Shown here piece by piece: positions 55,753 to 64,000 of a stretch of DNA of 64,000 bases. A program made the translations under genes and the position numbers. Each line of letters begins with the position of its first letter. The first letter of the stretch is position 1. The notes under the pieces were generated by a model. That model had not been told where the DNA came from and searched no databases. It saw only the letters and a program-made list of their open reading frames with translations. This DNA comes from a virus (taxonomy: Duplodnaviria; Caudoviricetes), in the IMG/VR virus record IMGVR_UViG_3300042924_005664, positions 1,290-65,289 of that record. One strand, given 5' to 3'.

Positions 55753-56296
55753 GGAGTTCAAGATTGGAGACGTACGGGGAGATGGATTTATTTTTGGTGG
55801 CTACACCCCCCGAAAATATAAAGACGGCTCCAAGAAGATAGTCGAGAAGTGGTATTCTCCCGAGTCGTTTGTAAGGCTATTGAAAGCTAGGCGTAACGCT
55901 ACGAATCGTTTGCGAAGACAAGATCCCAAAAAATATACCGCTCAGACTCAGGCTTGGAGGAGAGCAAACGCCGAGAAGTATCGAAATTACAGGCTTATGA
56001 AGGGTTTCGGGATATCTACTACAGAGTACGATAAAAAACTTAAAAAACAGAAGAACGGATGTGCAATTTGCTGTAAACCATGCGCTTCTGGCAAAAATTT
56101 AGCCGTCGATCACTGCCACAAGAGCGGGATGATTCGTGGTCTCTTGTGCAGCAAGTGCAATTTAGGTCTTGGACTCTTTAAAGATGACATTATCTTACTC
56201 GCTACAGCTAAAAAATATTTGACCAAACACAGAAAACGGCCATGCAAAAAACCAAAAAAGTGTCCATCCAAATCTCGGGCAAAAAGTGGACGATAG
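55721..56296 (+). CDS. Endonuclease VII-family (HNH) nuclease, probably homing
   Basis: QKNGCAIC...LAVDHCH..G.IRGLLCSKCNLGLG. Confidence 0.9.
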   Translation: MATKKTTKTTREFKIGDVRGDGFIFGGYTPRKYKDGSKKIVEKWYSPESFVRLLKARRNATNRLRRQDPKKYTAQTQAWRRANAEKYRNYRLMKGFGISTTEYDKKLKKQKNGCAICCKPCASGKNLAVDHCHKSGMIRGLLCSKCNLGLGLFKDDIILLATAKKYLTKHRKRPCKKPKKCPSKSRAKSGR

Positions 56297-56523
56297 AGTT
56301 TGGGAACCCCGGCAAAACGGACGGCAAGCCAGACGACGCAGTCTGCATCTACGACGAGAGGAGGATCATCCTCCGCAGGAAAGCCAAAGGAAGTCTGTTA
56401 AATTGTGCCGCACACGAAATAATCCACGCAAGGTGCCCAGATCTTGAGGAAAGCGCCGTCCACGACTGCGGAGACCTGATAGACGAGGCCGTGAACAAGA
56501 TCCTAGAAAATCTAGTCGATTAG
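56242..56523 (+). CDS. Minimal zincin-like protein
   Basis: AAHEIIHA. Confidence 0.7.
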   Translation: MQKTKKVSIQISGKKWTIEFGNPGKTDGKPDDAVCIYDERRIILRRKAKGSLLNCAAHEIIHARCPDLEESAVHDCGDLIDEAVNKILENLVD

Positions 56524-56570
56524 CATTTTTCATCTTTACACTTCGTCTTACTAACCTTATTTTTCAACCC

Positions 56571-57953
56571 ATGAGCTGCGATTGTAATTCTACCAACGGC
56601 AATGTGTACGGGCAGGTGTGCCGACAAGACATCCCCTACCCCAATATTTCGCACGAGTCTGTTCCATCGATGATGGACAACCTGATTACCGCTTTGTACG
56701 GGGTTTTCACAAAGTCAATTGTCGATGGCCGAGTCGTTTGGAATATCCCTTGCGATCCAGTCACTTCTCCCGGTGAGATTTCTTGGCTACCCCGCGAAGA
56801 GGGTGAAGGATTCCTCTGCTACATGCTTCGTGCGTTTAACGCGGTGTTCCCAGCTACGGTCACTCTCACTGGAGTTCAGACCCTCACCAACAAAACGCTG
56901 ATCTCTCCGATCCTCACTACTCCTACTGGAATCCTCGCCTCTGATATTGGTGCTGGAGCTTTCGGAGGATCAGTTACTCTTGCAGCCACTCAACTCACGG
57001 GGACTGTTCCGAACAATCGCACGACGGCTACCAATCTTTCAACTCCATCAACAATTGTTCTTCGTGATGGCTCTGGAGATTTTGCTGCAGGAACTATTTC
57101 CGCTGATCTCATTGGAGATGTTACGGGAACGATTATTGGAAACGTCACTGGGAACGTCACTGGAAACGTCACTGGAAACCTTACGGGGTCAGTTTCTGGA
57201 AACGCTACAACTGCAACTCAAGCAGTGTTGGCTACCAATCTCTTTGGTGGCGCTACTGGATCCCTTCCCTATCAGTCTTCTGCTAGCAACTCCACAACTC
57301 TCCCAATTGGAAGCTCTAGTCAAATTCTAACCGTAAATAGTGGTGCCACTGCGCCACAATGGACTACTCCTTCCTCTATTGTGGTCGGAACTGCAACCAA
57401 CATTGCCGCAGGTGCTACTGGATCCATCCCGTACCAATCTGCTTCTGGAACTACTGCGTTCCTTGCTGCTGGAGCCACTGGCAGAATTCTCACCCAAAAT
57501 GCTGGGTCTCCACAATGGTCTATTGACCATATCGGAACTGCCAGCAACGACTCCGCAGCTACAGGATATGTTGGGGAATACGTTTTCAGTCAAAATACAG
57601 CTGGAACTTCTATGACCCAGAATGTTGTGACAAACATCACTTCAATCACACTATCCGCTGGTGACTGGGATGTTTCAAGCAATGTAAACCTTACCTACAC
57701 GACAACGAACAGTACTACCTTTACATTGCAGGGTGGCATTACCACGACATCCGCAACCCTTGGAGCACTAGACACCTATTCTCAATTTGTTGTTCATGCT
57801 GGAAATGCGGCGGCTCAAACTCAAATTTTTGCCTCACCGGAAGTTCGTCTATCACTATCAACAAGCACAATTGTTTATTTGATTGGGTTTGCTAATGGAG
57901 GATTGAGCTCAATTACAGGAAGAGGAACAATCCGAGCCCGCAGAGCCCGTTAA
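56571..57953 (+). CDS. Tail fibre protein
   Basis: QTLTNKTL, GNVT repeats, duplicated GATGS.PYQS knob, GDWDV C-terminal domain. Confidence 0.85.
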   Translation: MSCDCNSTNGNVYGQVCRQDIPYPNISHESVPSMMDNLITALYGVFTKSIVDGRVVWNIPCDPVTSPGEISWLPREEGEGFLCYMLRAFNAVFPATVTLTGVQTLTNKTLISPILTTPTGILASDIGAGAFGGSVTLAATQLTGTVPNNRTTATNLSTPSTIVLRDGSGDFAAGTISADLIGDVTGTIIGNVTGNVTGNVTGNLTGSVSGNATTATQAVLATNLFGGATGSLPYQSSASNSTTLPIGSSSQILTVNSGATAPQWTTPSSIVVGTATNIAAGATGSIPYQSASGTTAFLAAGATGRILTQNAGSPQWSIDHIGTASNDSAATGYVGEYVFSQNTAGTSMTQNVVTNITSITLSAGDWDVSSNVNLTYTTTNSTTFTLQGGITTTSATLGALDTYSQFVVHAGNAAAQTQIFASPEVRLSLSTSTIVYLIGFANGGLSSITGRGTIRARRAR

Positions 57954-57965
57954 TATATAAATACT

Positions 57966-58376
57966 ATGTCATACGCATCCGCACCCGTAACTCTTCCCGA
58001 AGGTTTCTATGACCTGAGTGAGAAGATTGTTGATCACCCCTTGATTGAATCTGCTGAGAAGGCAGAAGAGACCGAGATGGCCGAGCAAAATCTCCACTAT
58101 CCTTGCCTGTACTTCTCCCACGCTCCAGAGGGTCTCAAAGAACTCCCCAAGGAGGGAACTGCAGTCATCCATTACAAGAAAGTGATGGAGCGCACCGAAA
58201 AAGTAGAGCGGTCTGGAAAGACACTTACCAACTACTGCATCGAACTTGAGATCCATGGAATTAAGCCCTCAGAGGACTCCGCTACTTACGAGACCAAGGA
58301 AATTGAACCCGACGATGAGGACGCCATCGAGAAGGGCTTAGAAGAAGCGTCAGAAGAAACCTCAACCGAAGATTAA
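57966..58376 (+). CDS. Acidic hypothetical protein
   Basis: 136 aa ORF in tail module. Confidence 0.6.
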   Translation: MSYASAPVTLPEGFYDLSEKIVDHPLIESAEKAEETEMAEQNLHYPCLYFSHAPEGLKELPKEGTAVIHYKKVMERTEKVERSGKTLTNYCIELEIHGIKPSEDSATYETKEIEPDDEDAIEKGLEEASEETSTED

Positions 58377-58380
58377 TACC

Positions 58381-58710
58381 ATGCCCTCAGATCCCTCCAT
58401 GCCTCCTACAGAGGCTCCTACCCCCTCTCCTACTCCCGCTGGCATGCCAGAGGGTATCCCCACTCCCATGGGCGGTGGATCCGTTATGATGCAGATGCCG
58501 AAGGACGCCTTCGATTCCATCCGAGACATCGTCATGCAACTTGCAACTGCCTTGGAACAGGCGGGTAGCCAAGTTGATTCTGAAGCTGCCCTAGCTGAAG
58601 CTCCAGTCCAAGAGGGAATGCTTCCTGAAGAGATTCCTGCTGAGATGGCTTCTGCTGACGAACAGGATCTAGCTATGTTTGCTCAAGAGCTCAACAATCG
58701 CGGCCAGTAA
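58381..58710 (+). CDS. Acidic Pro/Met-rich hypothetical protein
   Basis: 109 aa ORF. Confidence 0.6.
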   Translation: MPSDPSMPPTEAPTPSPTPAGMPEGIPTPMGGGSVMMQMPKDAFDSIRDIVMQLATALEQAGSQVDSEAALAEAPVQEGMLPEEIPAEMASADEQDLAMFAQELNNRGQ

Positions 58711-58722
58711 AATTTAAAAATT

Positions 58723-61700
58723 ATGTTCGTCTCAGAAATCTTTAGCGAGGCGGCTGAGATTTTAGGAACAACCGACGAAAGCAGGGTATTCCGAAAGCTC
58801 ACTCAGGCCGTGCAGGCTCTCATGGAGAGTGGACATTGGTTCCACACTACCCGTGAGGTTGACGTTTGCACTGGTTGGGACGGGTTTACGGTCACGCTCC
58901 CCAAGGACATTGAAGTTCCCTTGGCAGTCAATGTCGATGGATCCCCTTTGTATTTCCGAGGGAAACTTTTCCAGTACCACGTCAATCAGGGCGGTAGATT
59001 CGAGTCAGTGAATTGGGCTTGGGACGACCGAGGATTCGTCGCTACTCAGATGGACATTCGCCAGCCAGCTCAGGTCATTGCAGTTGCCGAGAGCGAAGCA
59101 GACGTTGGAGCAACTCTTAGACTTGTTGGAACCAATCAATGGAATCGCGATCTGCGAGGTCAAACTCCTGATGGAACTGGAGTCGATGGGTTGATCATAC
59201 CCATCCATAGCATGAGTGATTTTGCTCGCGGAACAATTAGACCTGATGACGATACTATCGTTACCCGTGAAGTAGCCGTCACTCCGATCACAAAATTTGT
59301 TTCAACTACTCCCCATGAACTTAACTCTGGACAAGGAGCAATTCTCTCCACCATTACTGGAACCACTCCAACTGGACTTACTGATTCCAATCAATACTTT
59401 GTGGGGGTAGTCAATCCTACAACCATTCAGCTCTACAATGATCCTCTCTACGCAAAGAGTGGAACGTATCCAATTGCTTTGTCAAATATTACAAATGCAG
59501 GAACCTTGAGACTGACTGATCAAAGGACTGCAAAATTAGTGACTACTGTTGAGCTAAATGCAGCGCCAACAATTTCGGTTAGCATGGGGAATCCTGTAAC
59601 TTTTGAAGGAGCAGTTCTACCAAGCCCCTTGGTACAGGGAGTCACGTACTACGTGAACGCTATCGATGCTACAAATTTTCAAATATTTGCAAGTCTCTCG
59701 GATGCACAAACTAAAACCCGTCCAGTTTATTTGACGGGCTATACAGGTGGGTTTTCTATTTTCTTCAGAAAGCCGATTGCACCCATAACAAAGCTAACCT
59801 TTTCTGTACCGCATTACTACTCCACGGGAGATATAGTTCAAGCAACTTCCAATGGCGGAAATCTTCCCCAACCCCTCGTAACGTCTCAAAATTACTACAT
59901 TTACAAGATTGATGACTACACGGTTACCCTTCACGTATCGAATTCGGATGCAGAGACAGGAATCAATCCGATTGTTTTGATAACTTCTGGATCTGGTCAG
60001 AACTCTTTGGCGAAATTGATTCCCGCAACGGTCGCCATTGGAACCACAAGCAATGTGCTGGCTACAGACGTTGGATTGATACCAGCTACTGGTTCTGGGG
60101 CTTCTGTTAGAGCCAATCGAGTTGGCCCGATCACGAACATAATCGTCACTGCACAGGGTTCTAGTTATGAAACTGCTCCCAGCATTGCATTTGATAGCAC
60201 TGGCGGAACTGGATACGTATCCACCCCCTCCGTACAATTAGTTGGTGGAGCTGGAGCTGGAGCAGTATTCACTGCCAATGTTGCTGGAGGTAAAATCACA
60301 TCTTTTACAAAAGTATCGGGTGGCAGTGGGTACACATTTCCCCCCAACGTAGTTATTACAGGTGGAGGCGGTGGATATGGCGCAGACGCTACCGCTGTAA
60401 TAGTTGCTGGTGCCGTTGATTCCCTTGTTCTCAATCCTGTTGGAACTGGACTTACCGCACGAGTGCTGATAAATGCAACTTCAAAGGTAGTGACAAACGT
60501 GGTCATCGATGACCCGGGTCAAGACTATCAATTCCCCCCTAGGGTGACTATTTCTGGTGGCGGCGGAGCTGGTGCTACCGCATCCTGCACATTGACCACA
60601 TCGTTCATAACGAGCTACACGATTCTTGACGGTGGATCTAACTACCTATATCCACCAGCGGTGTCTATCTCTGGTGGTGGTGGTACGGGAGCATCGGCAA
60701 CTGCTGTGGTTCAAAACGGAGTAGTAGTGTCGATATCTGTGGTTGCTGAAGGAACTGGATACGCATCACCTGCGACTGTGAATATAATTCCCTCCACTGG
60801 TGCATTTGTTCAGTTCACGAGTACTGGAACTCTTCCAGCGCCATTAGTTCAAGGCACTACTTACCGAGCAGAAGCCCCATTGTCGGCCAATGGCTTCACT
60901 GTTGTGAACGCTGATTTTAGCCCAGTGAATATTACGTCACTTGGTTCGGGGTCATTGTTCGTGGTTATTTCTAGGACATTTGGAGTTTCATTCACGAATG
61001 ATTGGGCTGGAGATTTTTCCGCAACACCTACTGGAACTGGCTTTTATTTTGGAACCGATTACTTGCTGCCAATCACATCTCCACCGATCGATACCGAAAC
61101 TGAATTCTGGTTGAGGAAATTAACTAATGATACGGCTCAAGTTTACGACACCCAAGCCCATGCAAATGCTGGCGGTGCCACTGGAAAGATAACTATTACT
61201 TCATTTGGAACGGGTCAGTCGTACTACGCAATTGAAGAAACAGCTCAAGCAGTTTCTTACGACAACCAAGTGTCTGTAAGTAATATCCAGTACCTTTCGG
61301 ATGGAGAACGAGTGAAGATGTCCACAACTGGAACTCTACCAGCACCACTACTCGATACCCGCGAGTACAATGTTAAAATCGTAGAGTCAAACATTCAACT
61401 TTTTTACGAGGGATTGCTTGTTGATTTTACTACGCTTGGAGTCGGTGAATTAAGATTGAATATCATTAGAGATTTTTCCGTTGTCCCAGCCACAACCATA
61501 ACTCTAAACAATGCCTTTTTCGACTCAGGTACTCAGGTTATTCCTAGAGCGTCTGAAAACGATTCGCTGCCCACTCCGCTTTTGCCAAACACCTCGTACT
61601 TCGTGAGGTTCTTTGATAAGAATGAGATTGAGTTGTACGACACCTTTGCGAATGCCATGGCGACAGGAAATACTGGTCGTATCTCATACACAAAGACGGG

Positions 61701-62181
61701 CGACTCACTAGAAAGCGTATTTTTTGTAGACGCAATTGAAGAGAAAACCCTTGTAAAAGCTATTTACCACGTTGAAAAGCCAGTGACTCAGGGATACGTG
61801 AGTCTTTATGCTTACGACTATGGTCGCAGCAACGACATGACTTTAATCGGTCAGTACCATCCTACCGAAGTGAATCCTAAGTATCGGCGTGTGCGTCTTG
61901 GATCCGCCTGCTCTTGGGCTAGAATTATCTACCGAGTCAAGGCACCCAAGATAACTAGCATGTTTGATTATATCCCCGTTGAACAGGAACGCGCTTTGAT
62001 TGCGGCTGTTCACGCGGTTGATTTGGAAGACAAGGACTTCATGGATCAGTCTGCAAGATACTGGGCGATGGCGTTGAACTATCTGAAGAACCAGCAGAAC
62101 AGCATGGATGGGCACGCCTTCGTTCCTCCACAGATCAACAACATCACGTACGGAGACGGCACAGATCCCGTGATGTTCTAG
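58723..62181 (+). CDS. Head-tail adaptor-like protein with large repeated beta-domain insertion
   Basis: Adaptor-like termini; repeated LP.PL..G.TYY domains and GG(S)GY..PP.V.ISGGGG repeats. Confidence 0.7.
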   Translation: MFVSEIFSEAAEILGTTDESRVFRKLTQAVQALMESGHWFHTTREVDVCTGWDGFTVTLPKDIEVPLAVNVDGSPLYFRGKLFQYHVNQGGRFESVNWAWDDRGFVATQMDIRQPAQVIAVAESEADVGATLRLVGTNQWNRDLRGQTPDGTGVDGLIIPIHSMSDFARGTIRPDDDTIVTREVAVTPITKFVSTTPHELNSGQGAILSTITGTTPTGLTDSNQYFVGVVNPTTIQLYNDPLYAKSGTYPIALSNITNAGTLRLTDQRTAKLVTTVELNAAPTISVSMGNPVTFEGAVLPSPLVQGVTYYVNAIDATNFQIFASLSDAQTKTRPVYLTGYTGGFSIFFRKPIAPITKLTFSVPHYYSTGDIVQATSNGGNLPQPLVTSQNYYIYKIDDYTVTLHVSNSDAETGINPIVLITSGSGQNSLAKLIPATVAIGTTSNVLATDVGLIPATGSGASVRANRVGPITNIIVTAQGSSYETAPSIAFDSTGGTGYVSTPSVQLVGGAGAGAVFTANVAGGKITSFTKVSGGSGYTFPPNVVITGGGGGYGADATAVIVAGAVDSLVLNPVGTGLTARVLINATSKVVTNVVIDDPGQDYQFPPRVTISGGGGAGATASCTLTTSFITSYTILDGGSNYLYPPAVSISGGGGTGASATAVVQNGVVVSISVVAEGTGYASPATVNIIPSTGAFVQFTSTGTLPAPLVQGTTYRAEAPLSANGFTVVNADFSPVNITSLGSGSLFVVISRTFGVSFTNDWAGDFSATPTGTGFYFGTDYLLPITSPPIDTETEFWLRKLTNDTAQVYDTQAHANAGGATGKITITSFGTGQSYYAIEETAQAVSYDNQVSVSNIQYLSDGERVKMSTTGTLPAPLLDTREYNVKIVESNIQLFYEGLLVDFTTLGVGELRLNIIRDFSVVPATTITLNNAFFDSGTQVIPRASENDSLPTPLLPNTSYFVRFFDKNEIELYDTFANAMATGNTGRISYTKTGDSLESVFFVDAIEEKTLVKAIYHVEKPVTQGYVSLYAYDYGRSNDMTLIGQYHPTEVNPKYRRVRLGSACSWARIIYRVKAPKITSMFDYIPVEQERALIAAVHAVDLEDKDFMDQSARYWAMALNYLKNQQNSMDGHAFVPPQINNITYGDGTDPVMF

Positions 62182-62185
62182 GCTT

Positions 62186-64000
62186 ATGAAATCGCCGAAC
62201 GTAACATCGGGTAGAGTTGAAAAGGTTACCGCTGGGTGGACTAAGGGCATTAATAGCGTTAGAAACCCATGGAACCTTCCAGCTGATCAGCTGAAGTGGG
62301 GTGTAAATGTTGCTGTTAGAGGTGGCATAGCACAAACAAGGCCGGGTCAAGGAATGAGGCTGTCTCTTCCTCCGGGCAACCTGCAAGGTGGATGTTTTTT
62401 CGCCTCAAACAAGCAGGCAAAAGCTGCCAGCATTTCGACCTCCAGCGGGACGACTTCTACAGTCAACGCAACCATTTACAACTACGACGGCACTACATCA
62501 TTTGAAGACGAATTGCCCTACATCTTGTTTGCTGTTGGTGGATCCGTTTACTTCGCTCCATTTCCATTAGTGCAGCCAACAGATTGGAACGACTACAAAC
62601 TCACAAACATCTCTCTTAGCCCCGACGTCAAAGATGTTGTTTTTACTATCGCTACTCAGACTGCGACTCTTAGCGCAGGTGGAGACGTTAGCGTTACTCC
62701 ATCCAACCGAGTAGTGATTATTCAAGATGGAGTTAGTGCTCCTGCCTACTGGGACGGCTCCGACAAGAAGGGCGGGCAAGATAGTACAATACCCATTGGG
62801 TATTGGATGGCTTTCTCAGGAAACAGACTTTGGATAGCTGCTGGAAATATTGTTTTTGCATCAGACCTTGGAAATCCATTTTCTTGGATAGAACGAACTG
62901 AGGGCGCTGGGAGGGGAGACTTTTCGTTCCCACGCTCAGTCACTGCAATGGTCGATTACATCGGGCAAGACAATGACACCAAGTTGATTGTATTTACAGA
63001 CAGAGCTACATACTCGTTGTCTAGTGGAATTCTCGATAGATCTCAGTGGATAAGCGCTACGAATTTCCAGAAAACTATTTACGCTACGATTGGCTGCGTA
63101 GCAGGAAAGTCAGTAGCATTTCAAGCGGGTCTCATGTGGTGGTACTCACGCGGTGGACTAGTAAACACAAACGTAGCAGCAGGCGCGTACGTTTCGTCTC
63201 AAGTGCTGTACAAGGACATTGAGATGGCCCGCGTGAAGAGATACATGCCAGCCAACATGTCGAGTATCTGCGCGACTTCATTTGAGAATTACCTTCTGTA
63301 CTCCATCCCATACCTAGAAGCACTTCCTAGCGCTACTATGGTTCTCGACTACGCTGCGGCAAGTGAATTGAGCCAGAGTGAGATTCCTGCTTGGTCTGGT
63401 GTATGGAATGGCACACGTCCCATCGAATGGATGTCGGGAACAATCGGACAACAACCCCGTTTGTTTCACCTTTCCGTTGACTACGTGCCAACCAACGATG
63501 GCTCCTACAATCATCTTTGGGAATCCTTCCTTCCAGAACGCGTCGATAGCTATCTGCAGATCAATCCCGATGGATCGACGACCACAAAGTACTCGAGGAT
63601 CTATAGTCAGGCCGAGACTGCGCTCATGGGTGATGGAATGGATTTGAAGCAACTCAAGTACGGAGAACTAGATTGCTCACAGATTGGTGGAACAGTTGAC
63701 TTGCGAGTTTCATACAGGGGAAGCAAGGGGGCGTACCAACCAATTCTGAACACTCGTTTTCTAGCAGTTACCGACGAGTACCAATTCGACAAGACTCCAC
63801 AGGCTGAAAAAATTGCGGAGTATGGAATTTTAAGGACGCAGCACAGACGCGTTTCTACTGAGTCAGTGCAGCGTTTAGACGTAAGTTCCTGCGAAACGAG
63901 ATACTCTTCGGATGTGGACAAGGCATTTAGCCTGCTAGTCGAGTGGTGTGGAGAGCTTGGACTAGAAGCAGTTCGTGTGTTTATAGATCCATGGCAGGAG
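62186..64000 (+). CDS. Tail tubular protein B / nozzle (3'-truncated)
   Basis: MKSPNVTSG...GVNVAVRGGIAQTRPG start, beta-propeller-like content, frame appears open to window end. Confidence 0.75.
   Translation, partial: MKSPNVTSGRVEKVTAGWTKGINSVRNPWNLPADQLKWGVNVAVRGGIAQTRPGQGMRLSLPPGNLQGGCFFASNKQAKAASISTSSGTTSTVNATIYNYDGTTSFEDELPYILFAVGGSVYFAPFPLVQPTDWNDYKLTNISLSPDVKDVVFTIATQTATLSAGGDVSVTPSNRVVIIQDGVSAPAYWDGSDKKGGQDSTIPIGYWMAFSGNRLWIAAGNIVFASDLGNPFSWIERTEGAGRGDFSFPRSVTAMVDYIGQDNDTKLIVFTDRATYSLSSGILDRSQWISATNFQKTIYATIGCVAGKSVAFQAGLMWWYSRGGLVNTNVAAGAYVSSQVLYKDIEMARVKRYMPANMSSICATSFENYLLYSIPYLEALPSATMVLDYAAASELSQSEIPAWSGVWNGTRPIEWMSGTIGQQPRLFHLSVDYVPTNDGSYNHLWESFLPERVDSYLQINPDGSTTTKYSRIYSQAETALMGDGMDLKQLKYGELDCSQIGGTVDLRVSYRGSKGAYQPILNTRFLAVTDEYQFDKTPQAEKIAEYGILRTQHRRVSTESVQRLDVSSCETRYSSDVDKAFSLLVEWCGELGLEAVRVFIDPWQE

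Noticed and set aside
1-64000. Minus-strand ORFs in the supplied track (e.g. 26651..27331, 51736..52482, 21808..22587)
   Set aside because: Antisense shadows of codon-biased + strand genes
1-64000. Prophage/lysogeny module or stop-codon recoding
   Set aside because: No integrase or repressor recognised; all three stops end genes normally and no suppressor tRNA seen

Overview
This window is most of a lytic, podovirus-like tailed phage genome, probably circularly permuted. It starts inside the tail/ejection genes and ends inside the tail nozzle gene, and essentially all credible genes are on the + strand. Order: ejection proteins including a 2945-aa polyvalent protein (1-14 kb); an Erv1/Alr-like oxidase; early genes behind a repeated promoter cassette; RuvC, dNMP kinase, a displaced adhesin cassette, helicase, exonuclease, TAGT-like glycosyltransferase, PolA, deaminase and primase-helicase (15-33 kb); a second early block with a mosaic paralog array; a 1.1 kb non-coding end/ori region; terminase, 2 tRNAs, portal, scaffold, a glycosyltransferase/methyltransferase cluster, major capsid, lysis and tail genes. 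The spanin-like gene implies a diderm host. Main leads: (1) two small +1-frame genes, each with its own sigma70-like promoter, nested inside the giant ejection protein next to enzymatic domains (candidate antidotes); (2) an Erv/ALR-like sulfhydryl oxidase together with Cys-rich virion proteins; (3) a glycosylation cluster between scaffold and capsid; (4) a stand-alone sRNA and other structured RNAs. All family calls come from motif recognition by eye; no searches were run.
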